A stretch of DNA of 64,000 bases from the human T2T-CHM13v2.0 reference genome, Homo sapiens. Shown in pieces: positions 1-14,401 of this stretch (position 1 is the stretch's first letter; each line of letters opens with the position of its first letter). A program made the translations under genes and the position numbers. Below the pieces are notes generated by a model. The model saw only the letters and a list, made by a program, of their open reading frames with translations. It was not told where the DNA came from and did not search any database. Location: assembly GCF_009914755.1 (NCBI RefSeq), contig NC_060942.1. One strand, written 5' to 3'.

Positions 1-186
1 CTAGTCCGAGTGGGGCGTGGAGACCGACCAGCACGAAGGGCGGAGTTCCGGCCCGCACCCCTCCGCCGCCTGCCGCTTGGTACGTCCCGCTTCCCCGCCC
101 TGCGGCTCGCGGAGCCTGGCTGAGCAGCAGGAGGGGCGGGCGCCGGGGGGCGGGGCGGTCACGCCGCCCGTCCCGTGCCCGCGGTA

Positions 187-230
187 GTCACGTGTCCGCG
201 GGTGTCACGTGCTCGCGTCGCAGCCAATCG
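187..230 (+). promoter_or_regulatory. Two GTCACGTG E-boxes (187-194, 204-211) and an NF-Y-type AGCCAATCG box (222-230)
   Basis: Motifs read directly. GTCACGTG matches the USF/MiT-TFE (CLEAR-like)/BHLHE40 class of E-box. Occupancy is not shown. Confidence 0.7.
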
Positions 231-424
231 CGGGGCGACGCTGTCCTGGGAGCGAGGAGGCTGTGGTGAGAGACGGACCGAGACCGGAGATGTTTTCAAG
301 CCCGGCTCCGGCGGCTTTACAGGCGGCTGCAGCGGCGACGAAGACAACGACAGCGACGGCTACGCCGAAGCACTCGTTCCGGGGGTGAAGCCTCCTGCGC
401 CGGCCTTGCCTCGGGTCCGTACGG
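230..424 (+). other. ANKRD12: ANKRD12 non-coding exon 1 (5'UTR); start approximate, donor at 414/415 (CGG|GTCCGT) or 424/425 (CGG|GTGAGG)
   Basis: Follows the CCAAT/E-box cluster and ends at candidate GT donors. The exact TSS and donor cannot be fixed from sequence alone. Confidence 0.65.
290..388 (+). CDS. Candidate uORF in exon 1, 32 aa (MFSSPAPAALQAAAAATKTTTATATPKHSFRG)
   Basis: ATG 290-292 with G at -3; open to TGA 386-388, upstream of both candidate donors. Translation unproven. Confidence 0.45.
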   Translation: MFSSPAPAALQAAAAATKTTTATATPKHSFRG

Positions 425-840
425 GTGAGGGGGGCGTGGCGACAGGAAAGGAGGAAGGAGGGGCGCGGTTTCGAGCTTGTCCCCGGCGCCAGGGAGGAGA
501 TCCCCTCAGTTCTGCGCTGCTCCCGTTCCCCCTCCCCAGAGCAAGGTAGGGGACGCGCCCTGCCCGCCCCCCCCGGTCCCGACGCGCCGCCCGCCCAGCC
601 TGGCCCGAGCCGTAGCTCGCCTGACAGTGACAGGCCGTTAGTGCCCCCCGGCGCGGGTCCGCCGGGGCCCCGCCCGCCGCCGCCCCTCCCGGCGTCGCGA
701 GGAGCCGCGGCGCAGGTGGGAGCCGCCAACTGGGCGGGGGCGCTGCGCGGGGCGGGGCGGGGGCCGGGCGGAGGGCCGCGAGCTGGCCTCGTCGCGGGCG
801 CCCCTCACCGCGGCTGGCGGGGCTGGGCTGCCGCCGCCTC

Positions 841-1038
841 CCGGAACATGGCGGGGCCGGAGGAGCGTGTGCGTGCGAGTGTGAGTGTGCGCGGCCGAGA
901 GGGCGCCGCTGGCGTGCGGCGGTCGGACCCGCGGGGGCGGGGGCGCGCCCGGCCCGCCGCGCGTTCCCGCCGCCAGCCGCCGAGCGTGCGCCGACGCCGG
1001 GGAGTCTGCCGCGGCCGCTCGGGCCGGGAGCTTCGGAG
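841..1038 (+). other. ANKRD12: Probable alternative first exon of ANKRD12
   Basis: Overlapping ETS (CCGGAA 841-846) and YY1-type (AACATGGCGG 845-854) motifs downstream of GC boxes, ending at a GAG|GTACCC donor (GT 1039-1040). Confidence 0.5.
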
Positions 1039-1666
1039 GTACCCGGGTCCTGGGAGAGGTGGATGAAAGCAAGAAGGGGAAATTGCTGCTTTAGTAGTGT
1101 CCGGGGAAAGAGCAGCCACTCTACAGTTCTGTCTTAAATGCCAGTGTAAAATAACCTTGCCGCATTGGACAGGCAGTTCCCGTCATCGTTTTTCAAGTAC
1201 CCACTTGTGATGCTTCAAGACCCCTGGAGCACGTCAGGTTCTTAGATCTCGTTTTGAGGAGTGATGTGGAGTGACGCATCCTTACAGATCCCAAAGCGTT
1301 GAATAAACGGTTGTACAAAGAGGTATGCGAAGCTTAGCTGACAGCTGTTTTAGTAATAACAGTAAGACGCTGTCTGGGATAGGAAGTTACTGTTGCACTC
1401 GTTGAAACCTTAGGAAACATTTAAAGCAGTGTAGTCACCGGGATTGTAATTTCCACTGGACACCCGTGGTTAAACTGCGAACTAAGGTGAAGTGTGTTGC
1501 AGATCCAGTGCTGTGTATGTAATGGTTCGGAATTACCTCTAATCCTAAAGTTGAAATGAGCCTGCATCTGCAGTCATGTATTTCGTTTTCATTTTAGAAT
1601 GGTTTATGTAAATTATAAAGAAAGGCTAGTGAAATAGCTATTTTATCGTAAATTAACTGTGTATTA

Positions 1667-2051
<385 letters not shown>

Positions 2052-5000
2052 TTAATCGTTATACAAAGCCTTTCCTGGAGATTAGCTCAGAACTGGCAGA
2101 ACATATGCTCTATTGGTGCCAAGTGGCTTAAAAGCAAAATGAGGATAGTGTCCACCGTGTAAGATGAAGTCGTTATATTAACAGTCTTGTTGAGAAAAAT
2201 CTTTAATTTGGGTTAAAAGCAGGAGCCTTTAAAAATTTGAAATGTTTACCCCTGGAGATTATAGACAAGGGGAGAAAAGTTTTACTACTTAAGGATCTTT
2301 TATATTTGATACAGGCACTGAATAAATTTCTGAAGCTCTACAGGCATCTTGGCTAAGGTCAAGTTTAACTCGTTATGTGTTTTAGAGACAGATGAGGTGT
2401 TAAAATGGAAGGAAAATGAGTGTTAAGTGTACTTATGTAGGATACTTTTAATGTTCTTAATCTTGTATAGTTTTCATAATCTCATAATTTTCATAGTAGT
2501 TGGTAAGAATTAGTTATCGGAATAGTTTTATGAACTACGCAGAACTGGGAAAGTGGAAATCTCTGGGTGTGTATTCCATGAAGAATATTTGAGGAGGAGT
2601 GAAGAGAGCAAAAATATTCAGACGAGGAAAGAATTTAGCTGAAAATACATTGTGCAGACTTACACTGGTTTGTTAATACCCAAGGGGGAAAAAAGCCTGA
2701 ATTTTATTTGCAGACTAGTGTCCAGCTGGTAGAATGAGTTTAAAAGGAAGATGCTTTTATCAAGCTGTCGATATTACTTTTTCCCCTATAGAAGTTGAAA
2801 ACCATGACTGATACTCTTTTGAAGTAGATTGGAGAAATGGTAGGATATTTGGAAAACACTTCGTTGGAGAAGAGATTTTTATTCTTAAAAAAAAATAAGT
2901 GATTTTTAAAATATCATTTTGATTTCTTGCTATTAGCTGACACGTAAACTTTTCTTTAAACCATTCTTACGTTTTAGGAGCATTATTTCAGTCCAAAAAG
3001 AGGATGGTTAATGCAATCATTTCCATCATAGTTCATAAGAGGTTTCTACTGCTCTCTGTATATAGACTTAGTTATGTTAAAGTAACGTGTATCAGATGGG
3101 CGTGAAGAATTTGTCTAATAATTGCTGTAGGTTGCTTAAGAGCTATTGACACTGCTTTCTGACTTGGAATTTGTTGCTAAAAACATGTATTTGTAAGATG
3201 CCTGTGCCTTGTAAAGGGTGCAGTGTTGAGATTTATCCTTGGGACAGGAAGGGACCTCTGATTTTCTTTATTCATTTCCTTTATTTTTACACATGAGAAA
3301 ATAAGGTGAAAAGACTTAAAGCTAGTCTGCAGCTAGTTAAAAACTAGTCTGTGGTTTGGCCGAGAGGTTTCTTTCTGTGAAGATGCTAATTTGCCTCTTT
3401 CTTTAGAAGTTTTACGGAGTTGTGGAAAGAACATTGAAATATAAGTGAGAAGGCCTGGGTTTAAATTCTTGATTTATCACTTCCTCACTTCCTAACAGTG
3501 GTTTTTGACATATCGCATTAACTTTCAGAACCTTGCCTTCTATCAGCTGCAACTTTAAAAATACAAAAATAATAGCCTTGTCTTCTTAACCTGCAAAAGT
3601 AATTTTCCTGCATAATTTAATGTTTTCATGTGGAACAAATGAGAATGCTTTAGAAAGCACATTGTACACTGTAAACTTCTATACAACGTGGTGATGTTAT
3701 TTTTAAAGAAAATACAATTCTTAAAGTGTAACAAGGTGTTTAGATCCCTGGATTTTTGCGTAGCCCTACCTTTATTGTTTTCATCTTCTGCTGTTTTACA
3801 GATAACTCCTGTAGATACATTTTCTGATCCCCACTTAGTTCTAACCTTAGTTAAGCTGCTTATGAACATTTTAAATATTGCAGTTATTAGTCTGACTTTC
3901 CCTGGAGAATATGAAGTTTCTTTAGCCTTTGAAAATATTCTCATGTATACTCATGCATTCATAATCTGTTTCTGTAACAGACAGTGGCTTTTTAAAAGTA
4001 ATAGTGAAAGTAATCTTAGTAGCAATGTTAATTTATTTGACTCTTGCTAGTTTTCAGGTACGCAAAAGGAGGAGATGATTTCCTTTAAAAACTCAGCTTT
4101 GAATAGTTCGTGTTATCTGGTATATCTGAAATATTCAGAAATGTTAAAACAGTTTTTGTTTGCCTTTGCTGTTAAGTTTGAAACCTCTTAGTGCTTTCAA
4201 TTGATAATCCTGGAAACCAACCTCAGTATTGTAGTATTACATAGATTATCGGAGTTTTTATAGTCTTGAAAATAAAGGTACTAATAATCATAGATAATAT
4301 TTGCTGAACACTTAGAATATGCAAATTTGTGTTTTAAGTGAAACATTTCAGGTAATTTTCATAATAACCTTGTAAAACGGAGAGGAAACTGAGGCTGTGA
4401 ACAGTTATGTGATGGATAGATTTTACATACTAAATAATAGATTTCATTATCCTGTTTTATTAACCATTGCTCTGCCTCTAATTAAGAGTGTTGGTTTTCG
4501 AAGAGTTTGAAGGCGGGGATTCTTAAATTTCAGATTTCATGAAAAATGTTTGGGGGCCAGCTATTCTACCTTCTGGGTGGTCAAAAAAGAAAAGAAGTAC
4601 CTTATGGGAATCATAGAACATAGGCCAGCAACCCTTTTTATGAGATGCTGATATACTTGTTGCTGTGGTGGTGGTGGTGGTTTTATATTAGTTGTCAGAG
4701 CACATTATTCTTACCAGATACAGAAAGGGCCATGGTTGTTCATATAATATGAGGCTATCCTAGCAAATTCCACTTTGCTATTGATATCATGCTTCTAAAG
4801 AGACATTCTTTCATCACAGTGACTGAAGAAAAAGCTAACCAAACTCATTTAGGATTTTCATAAGGGAATAGAGCCAGCAATAGAAAATCTGCTGAGTTTG
4901 TCCAGCTTAGAAAACAGTATCCAAGACCAGGTTTTCTGATTAGTGCGATCCTCCAAAATTGTAAGAAACTTAAATTCAAACATAAGTCCTTAGAAAATTC

Positions 5001-5365
5001 AGTTGTAACATGGAGATGCTTCCAACTTAAAGGAGGTAGATTATGAAGCTGAAAGTTACAGGGTGGAAGTCATTTCTTTTTCTTTGGCTTTAAAAAAAAT
5101 TCTAAAAATTTAAAAATTGTGTCATCTTTGGCCAATTCCTTAACATCTGTTTATTGGGCTAAAATTGTTTCAAAATATGTAATAGTTTACCTTTCTGGTT
5201 TTCAGTGTGTACTCAGGCCATAACTGGGAAAAAATAACACAAATGTTAGCAATAAGTACATTTTTAACTACCTTATGTCTGTTAACTATCTTATTTTGAC
5301 AATTAAGATTAATCTCTAATAATATGCATAGATTGGGGAATTGTTAACCTTTTAAAATAAATAGT

Positions 5366-5510
5366 GGGTTTTTTGTTTGTTTGTTTTTGTTTTGTTTCAC
5401 TATGTTGCTCAGACTGGTCTTGGTCTTGAACTCCTGACCTCAAACAGTCCTCCTGCTTCACCCTCCCTAGTAGCTGGGATTACAGGTCTTAGCCACCTTA
5501 CCTTGCTATA
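5366..5510 (-). mobile_element. FLAM/AluJ monomer
   Basis: Diverged Alu left-arm sequence with a T-rich tail. Confidence 0.8.
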
Positions 5511-6045
5511 TAGTCTCTTATTGTAACAATAGCAAAGAGTTACAATAGAACTCTATAGCTTCTCAGATTTCAGATTGTTACTCCTACATAGGAGTTTTGT
5601 CAGCATTCTGACTTCTAATAGAGAACAAAAACCATTTGTGGCTCTCTTTTCTGCCTAGAAATAGCTATATTGACTCTCAAAAGAAAAATAGTAACTTAAA
5701 AATTACAGTGCTTTGTAGTTCACACAGTGCTTTTTACATCTGATTCTCTTTTGAACCTCACAGCTCAGTAGCAGAACAAGGATTGTCAGCTAATCTGATG
5801 ATACTGAGCCATGGATTGAATCCAGGTTAAAAGTATCTGGAGTAATGTTAGATTCCTTTGAAACTCACTTATGAAAGAGAAGCATTAGCAAACCTAAAGG
5901 AAGAGAAAGGAGAGACATGCACTTCTATTTTCTCCCACCAAATTCATATTGTACACAACTTTCTATTCTGTTTACCCGTTCTGAAACAGAGTAGAGGTAA
6001 ACATTAAAAACATTCCTTATACAGCTTTAATAATTAGTAGTAATG

Positions 6046-6370
<325 letters not shown>

Positions 6371-6902
6371 TTAGATAAGAAAATTAAAATTTCATAACAC
6401 ATTTCCTACCATAATTTGCACAAGAATATTGTAACTAGGAATAAAGCCTTGGCTTGCATTCCAGTGTTCTATAGTAGTCTTGGAACCTCTGAGTTAAAAT
6501 AAATCCTTTCTACCAGAGTTTAATTCTCACTACTTGGAAGTTACTTGGTAATCAAGGAAAAGAACTTCTATTGAGCTTCTGTACGCTAGATACTATTAGA
6601 TACTTTCATGTATGTTACATGTAAGTGTAGATATCTTAAATATCGAGTTAAGAAAACACTTCAAAAAGTTGTTGCCAGAATATCTCTAACTGGGTCTTTT
6701 TTACTCAAGAACTTAAGTTGAAATTTATAAGTTATAAAAATGTTAAGTCTGTTACTTTGAGAAATTTTTTCTTGATTAAGATCAGTCCAATTCACTAATA
6801 TATTTATAGTTGACGTGATCATCCAGTAGTGGTTATTGAGCCTTCAGAAATTACGCTTATCTTCCAGGATTTGTAAAAACATCTCAGGAGTGAAGAGCAT
6901 TC

Positions 6903-7203
6903 TTTTTGTTTTGTTTTGTTTTTAAGACGGAGTTTCACACTGTTGCCCAGGCTGGAGTGTAAAGGCATGATCTTGGCGTACTGCAACCTCCGCCTCCTGG
7001 TTTCAAGCGATTCTCCTGCCCCAGCTCCCCGAGGAGCTGGGATTACAGGCGCTTGCCACCACGCCTGGCTAATTTTTTGCATTTTTAGTAGAGATGGGGT
7101 TTCACTATGTTGGCTAAGCTGGTTTTGAACTCCTGACCTCGTGATCCACCCACCTTGGCCTCCCAAAGTGCTGGGATTACAGGCGTGAGCCACCACTCTC
7201 TGC
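6903..7203 (-). mobile_element. Alu (AluS)
   Basis: Full dimer; TSD GAGCATTCT. Confidence 0.95.
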
Positions 7204-8574
7204 GGAGCATTCTCTTTAAGCTGCAGTTGAATATGACCAAACACCACCACCACCACCGCCCTCTTTAGTGTGTTTCTATTTGTCCTCATGTTATTGAAAG
7301 TAAGCAAGAATGGTTGACAGCAGATTGGCTTACTCATTCTTTCCTTTGTCCTTTTTCACCCTTTGAAGCTCTTCCTCTTCCTTCAGGCACTAGTGCTCTT
7401 TCTTGGAAAGCCCCATTGAAAATTAATCTATACTTACATAGATACTTACATACCTATATTTGTGTTATTAAACTTAAAAATTATATTACCACTTTCATTT
7501 TACATTAGCTAATGCATGAGGAAATAATCATTTGCATTTTCTCTACTGTGACTTGACACATCATATCCTGTGGCCATTTTTCTCTTTTTTTCTTACTCAA
7601 AACTTCCAGGAGTAGCAATCAATAATTTAAATAATATTTTAACATTTTTGTTAGGGTTTTACAGCATGCAATTATTGTATGCTATTGTTTAAAGATTATA
7701 ATAAAAAGGTTATTAATTCTCCAACCTCCTTTTGCATAATCTTTATATATTAGTGATTATTAATCTTCTATATGTTACAAATATTATTTTATAGCACCAT
7801 TGTCCCTTCAAAAACCCCAGAAGAATAGGCTCTGTCCAAAGTACTACTACCTTATTGGGGTGATTACTCTTTATGCTCTTTTATTATTCCATTCACACTC
7901 CTAGTCTAAGAATTTCCCCTCCCTATAGCTTTTGTATACTCAGATGTTAGGGTGGGAGTAGCAGAAAACAGAATCTTTTGAGCATAAGGGGAAACATGTA
8001 GTCTCACACTTGAGTCGTATTCATTATGAAGTGCTAATAGACTGGCAGAGGTATAATTACAACTACTCCATAGTTGATTATAGGTTCTCCACATATACTT
8101 GCAAAAATCTTAACGAGGTTTATCTTATTCCCATTTTGCACCTAAGGTTCAAGTTAAATCATTTAAAGTTATACATATCTAGTAAGTGATGGTGACTATA
8201 TTGCTTCCTTTCAAAACTGCACCTTCAAAGATGATGATATTAAAAGAAAAGATAAAATGATAAATTTAGAAACTTTAGGGGAAAATATGTAATTTGCATA
8301 TCATATTAATTATGTATGTATTTGTATGTATGTAATACATACATTATGTAATAAATATGTATACATATTAATATGTGTATCATACTAATATATCAATAAT
8401 TATGATTATGGACTTTTACAAGGAGTAAAAAGTGAAAAGTCATGAAGTATTCAGTCTGAAAATGTAATGGGTTCTTGAATTTGAAAGTATTTGAAATTTT
8501 TATCTTTTTATTTCTGAATTTTCCAGTTTTACCACAATGAACAAGTATCATAGATATAATGAAGTTTTTGTTAG

Positions 8575-8730
8575 TTTTATTTTTAGGTATGGGTTCTTGC
8601 TCTGTTGCCCAGGCTGGAGTGCAGTGGTGTCATCCTAGCTCACTACAGCCTCAAACTTCTGGGCTCAAGGAATCCTCCTGTCCCAGCCTGTCTTGTAGCT
8701 GGGATTGCAGGCATATGCCACCATGCCAGA
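8575..8730 (-). mobile_element. AluJ/FRAM right-arm fragment
   Basis: CCCAGGCTGGAGTGCAGTGG consensus, diverged. Confidence 0.8.
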
Positions 8731-9724
8731 CTCTGGATGTAGTGAAGTTTTAAACATTTACATAATTAACAGTTTTTAGAGGAATGTCTCTAGGTACAGC
8801 ATTACATCTAGCATTGTTGAGGCAGGGATTCGGGAAGATACAAGTGAAGGCAATATTATAGTATGTGTCTTTTTAAGAATTCACACTCAGGAAACAAAAT
8901 ACACACATAATCACATAGGAGGATAGTATTATTCCTTAATCATCCAAATTGCTTTCTAGTTGCTGTGGAAAGGAACATGGTAAGCCATGTAAAGACACGA
9001 ATCATTCTGTCTTGTTCTCTATTCCATCACGTTGTAAATGGTTAGCATATGTTTATTGAATGAATGAGAATCACCTCAGTGCCAGTGGCAAGAGGGTGGT
9101 CTGACTGGCATAAGAGGATGAACTGGGACTAAAAGTGGGTAGCAGTTGAGAACAGCCACAATTACTAGGATGAGGGGCTTAATAAAAATTAATTTCCAAG
9201 GTGGGAAATGATATAATACACATTTTCTTAGAAAGTAATTCTAGAAGTATAGAATTTAAATAGGAGGTAACTATTTAGAAAGGTTCTTAAGGGTTTAGAC
9301 CCCAATTGTAAGCACATATCTGAAGAAGGCATTCTCTGTTTATGGGCAACTTAAAATCTAGCAAGAAGAGGTAATTACCTAAAACCAAGATGCATAATTA
9401 GGAAGAGGTTCTGTGTATATTTTGAAGTTGTAGATTTTTTGGTGAATATGAGTTCAGGGAAAAGGACCTGTGTGTTTTAGGCACTGAAATAGGTCTCTTC
9501 AAAAAGGCCAAGAATCACTGAAATGTAGGTTCAGTTTTTGCTGTAGAACTCTTAGATTCTTAGAGTCCTTAATTTCTTTTTTAGGGGTTATTTTTTATAA
9601 TGTAATTCCTTTAGTAAACCTGCTTAACATTTGCACCATCAGTGACATTTGCCTTTTTTTCCCCCGATTCAAAAACATTTGTGTGGTTATATGTCAGAAA
9701 GTGTTCTATTTTAAAAATAAAACC

Positions 9725-9980
9725 AAGCCTGGCACAGTGGCACATGCCTGTAATTCCAGCTACTCCAGGAGGTTGAGGTGGGAGGAACATGAGTTTGAGC
9801 CCAGCCTGGGCCAAAATAGTGAGACTCCATCTACAAAAGAGTTTTGGCTGGGCACAGTGGCACACACCTGCAATCCCATCACTGTGGGAGGCAGAGGTGA
9901 GAGGATTGCTTGAGGCCAGGAGTTTGAAAGTAGCCTGGCCAACATAGTGAGACTCCATCTCCATAAAAATAAAAAAAAAT
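9725..9980 (+). mobile_element. Two tandem FLAM-type Alu monomers
   Basis: Two successive GGCACAGTGGCACA...GAGACTCCATCT units. Confidence 0.8.
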
Positions 9981-12900
9981 TAAAAACCAACCAAATACAC
10001 GCTTATTCTTTTGCATTGATGTTGGAGTTTTCAGAGTACCAGCCTTTTCACATTACTTTCTTTCAGCTATTAGAATACAGTGAAATTACTCTGTTCTGGT
10101 CCCTCATTACCATATTTCTCCTTCTCATCAACATGCTTTGGCAGGGAAAACAGTTTATAATTCTAAGTGACTTTGGTCAGAAGAGCTACCAGTGACATAT
10201 ACTGCTACATTAAACCAGTTTAAAGTGTGTTTTCCTTTGAATGCCCTGGAATATACAGTTGTTCTGAAATCTAGTGTATATTATAAGAGGTAGGTTTGTG
10301 TTGGAGAGTGAGCAGGATAAAGAAAAACGTAGCAGTTCAAGACTAAAAGGCCTAAACAATTCAGTCCTGGTATAGTCATGGAAGTGACAATTTTAATCTG
10401 TAATTTGAGCAGTGTTATTACCCATCATATTATTGGATCAGGGTGGAAATGATGTTGTATGTAAGTTAGAAATACTTTATTTATTACTTGGATTGCTGTC
10501 TTGTAGGGACACAACTTGCAGCTCTCCACAACTGCATCAAGAATTTGGACGTAGTTTTTTTTTAGGATCTCAGGCTTATATTGCAGAAGCAGTGATTATT
10601 GTAAACTATTCTGGTTTCTTAATGACCTATCCCAATCTCACTTATCTTATGTACCACTGTTAAAACTATATCGATTATTTAAGTAGTTAAAAATCCTTTC
10701 ATTTAAGGCTAAAGTACGTGCCTGTCATTTTTATAGAAAGCAGTAAAAGTGAGATAGGGCACTTTTGGGGGTTAAGCTGTGAGCAATACTTAAGATTAGC
10801 ACCAGCCTTATTTATAATTGTTATAATATGTTGCAAAGATTGGCTGCAATAGCCTATCTTTTGTGGGGGGCTGCAGAGGGGGCAAAAATAAAATACAAAA
10901 AAATTTATTTAGAATATTTTAGATAATTTAAAAGGTACAAAAAATAGCATGATGAACTTTCCTTTTTCTCTAGACCTATTTAAATCCTTTTATTTATTCA
11001 TTGTTCATCTCAACTGTGACCTATTCAGTGAAGCCTGACCTCTTCCATCTTAAGTCTGTTGCACATCGTATATAGTAGTGAGAGCAGTGTGACTAGAGGA
11101 GTTGAAAATAAGATTTATGTATGTAGTAGAAATGTACCTAGAAATCTAGTGAAAGCTAAACTTCAACATTTCACTGTATGCAGAACAAAACTAATAAAGT
11201 ATAGATTTGAGAGGAACCAAACAAAATAATTATTTTAGGAAGATCAGTTGTGTGGAGCAATAGGTCTAAAAGGAAGTGGTGAATTGCCAACTCATTTTGA
11301 TTGGCTTTTTCACTGTACTTACTCTGTGAAATTTTACTTGGCCTTCAAACAGTTTACCATTTTGCTAGAAGAGAAAGGAGATGGCAGAATTCTTAATTAT
11401 GAATTTTTCTAGTTTTCAGGGTTTTAGAATCCTTTTAGAACCTGTAAACTTTTTCCCTATTGACAGTGAAGTGAATACAGTGGCTATTAGATTCTACTTT
11501 TCAACATTGGTAGTATTTTCTGCTCCCAGTGCCAGAAATGCAAGTAAAGCTGGCTAACCATTTTCTCTGAGCTGTTGCAGCCCTCTACTGGTTTATGGAA
11601 GTTGCAGCAACTTAGAACCTGTTAGGGCCAGAAGGTCAGTAAACTCAGCAACTCATTTAAAAAATCTCAGACCTTTAGAAGTCATCTGTGCCAACCCTCT
11701 CAATTGCAGATGAATATTTTATATACCTACCTTAACAATTCTGGAGGGAGGGAAAAATATATATATATACACACACACGTATGTATGTATGTATAAGATA
11801 CCCTAGGCAAATAGATAATTGTAAATATAACTGCCCATATTTATTTACAAACTCTAAATGTATTGTTAGAATGTGATCCTTTACAATCAGATGTTTCATG
11901 TTGTCAAAAACATCTCTTTAAAGTCTTGTAAATATTTAATGAAGTAATGAAAATTTTATTTTTTAAAAATTTGAGGTGTTTATTTATTACTATTAGAAGA
12001 TAAATACAACAGATAAATGCTAATTGCTTAAATTATTTCCAAAGCAATTTTACTTATTTATTGCTGGAGCCAGAACTTAGGTTTCATTCTAGGCTTCTTG
12101 TTCTTGTTTACTCTTCCACCCCTGTCCCCTGTGATCCTCCCCCCGCCACAATCTGGTCATTGTGCTTTAAGTGGTCTCCTTGTGTCTTAGGTAATTCCTC
12201 TTAAGTCCATCTTCCAGAGTTTCACCAAGGGCACCTTTCTGAACACACTACTCGAATTATGTCACTACTTTTTTAGAAGCCTTTTTTGTTACCATAAAGA
12301 ACAGACTTCACAATGACAAGGGGCTTCATGATGAGATCCCTTCCTGCTTCAGCCTCATTTTCTGTCCCACTCTGCTTCAGTTTTTTGCTGTTCCTTCATT
12401 GTGGTCTGCTTTTGTGTGTGGGCATGTGTGTACACCTGTGCATATGCTTATCCTCCTCCCACACCAGCCCCATCTATATCTACCTGCCTCAGAGTCATCC
12501 TCAACACTCTATTTTAGTGTTCCCTCTTCTTGAAATTCCCTACCCCTACCTCCGTACGCATGCACCCAAATTGGGTGCTTGCTTACATAGCATTTATTAT
12601 TCTGCATGGTAACTAAATTGTCTTTTTTCTGTTAAAAACTGTCAGTTCCCTTCAGGCTAGGATTGTGTTTTGTTCATCTTAGTTCCATTATGTGACATGT
12701 AAGTGTTTAATAAATGCTAAGTGATAGAATAATTGCATGAGCAAACTAGGATATGATAGCTAAAGGAAATACCCACACTTAAATAAGTTAACATCACAGA
12801 CTTAATTCATTTTTCTTGACATTTTAAGGAGAATTAGTTCATTTAGACTAGTGTTTATTGAACATACTTTTCATGATATCTATTTTAAGGAAAGCGATGG

Positions 12901-13214
12901 TTGGGGGAGATAAAGAATAGTAGAATTTTAGAATTGGAATGAACATCATTTTAAAATGAGGAAACTGAAAGCCAAAGAGTTTACTAGAAATTTCAAGTTA
13001 CAATTAGAACCCAAGTTTTATAGTGCTTATTTTTTACTTTCCTAATTTCCTTCTAATGTATTTTACCTAGATTTGGCTAGGATTAGTAGATACCGGTTGT
13101 TTATTATTTCAGGCAATTGGACTATCTAAATAGAACTCTATCCTGTAGGTTTACCTTTGTGGAATTTTGAAAGTAATAATAGACATATAGCTAAAGCAAA
13201 CCGACTATTTGTAA

Positions 13215-13247
<33 letters not shown>

Positions 13248-13542
13248 TTTTTTTTTTTTTTTGAGACGGAGTCTCACTCTGTCACCCAGGCTGGAGTATA
13301 GTGGTGCAATCTGGACTCACTGCAACCTCCACCTCCTGGGTTCAAGCCATTCTGCTGCTTCAGCCTCCTGAGTAGCTGGGACTACAGGCATGCGCCCACC
13401 ACGCCCGGCTAATTTTTGTATTTTTGGTAGAGACGGGGTTTCACCATGTTGGCCAGGCTGGTCTCGACCTCCTGACCTCAGGTGATCTCGCCTCGGCCTC
13501 ACAAAGTGCTGGGAATACAGGAGTGAACCATCGTGCCTGGCC
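13215..13542 (-). mobile_element. Alu (AluSx-like) with (ATTT)n tail
   Basis: Full dimer; TSD TGTAATG. Confidence 0.95.
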
Positions 13543-14079
13543 TGTAATGTATTTATTTTGTATAGTCTTCTGAATTCTTTGTCAGGCTCAGATTCCCGAA
13601 AGGTATAATATTTAGCAGCACCAATAAAAAATGAATCCTTTGTTTACTGGATTGAGCTTGTGTCCTAAATCTTTTGCTTCTTTCCCTATTCTGGATTTAG
13701 AGTTAGAAAATATGTAAGTACCTTTTATCTCGTTTCGTCTACCACTGTCTGAAGCACTCCGTTACCTGCCATCTCATGTATTACTTCCTCTTGAGTTCTA
13801 CCCAGAACGCTGTAGGACTCCAGAGGAAACCAAGTAGAAATGGATCTATGTTATTATTTTAAAAGAATTTTTTTTGCTGATAAAAGCAGTACATTTCCAT
13901 TCTAAAGTTAAAACTTTAGAGAACTTTATAAAATAGACCATAAAAATTCCTTAAGGACTTTTAAGAACATTGTTTTAAGGACATTGTTGAGGACAGTTTA
14001 TTGTAAAAGATTGTAGATGCCTGTACTTTTTTCTTCATCTTTTGCATGCTGTTGGTGGTTAAATTTTGTGATTTTGTGA

Positions 14080-14401
<322 letters not shown>

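Larger units (their letters stand above)
1..1100 (+). promoter_or_regulatory. ANKRD12: CpG-island, TATA-less promoter of ANKRD12
   Basis: Very GC- and CpG-rich, with an abrupt change to AT-rich sequence after ~1100. Multiple GGGCGG GC boxes (e.g. 133-158, 732-770). Lies upstream of the recognisable ANKRD12 coding exons. Confidence 0.92.

Noticed and set aside
159-1119. Overlapping 60-213 aa ORFs on both strands in the CpG island
   Set aside because: Stop codons are scarce in GC-rich DNA, most starts are non-ATG, and the products are low-complexity R/G/P/A. Only the ATG-290 and ATG-848 uORFs were kept as candidates.
3555-4050. Overlapping 129-aa (-) and 120-aa (+) ORFs
   Set aside because: No recognisable domain, intronic AT-rich sequence partly resembling MIR, and no supporting exon structure.
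8300-8410. AT-rich quasi-palindromic (TATG/CATA) stretch
   Set aside because: Low-complexity sequence where self-complementarity is expected by chance.
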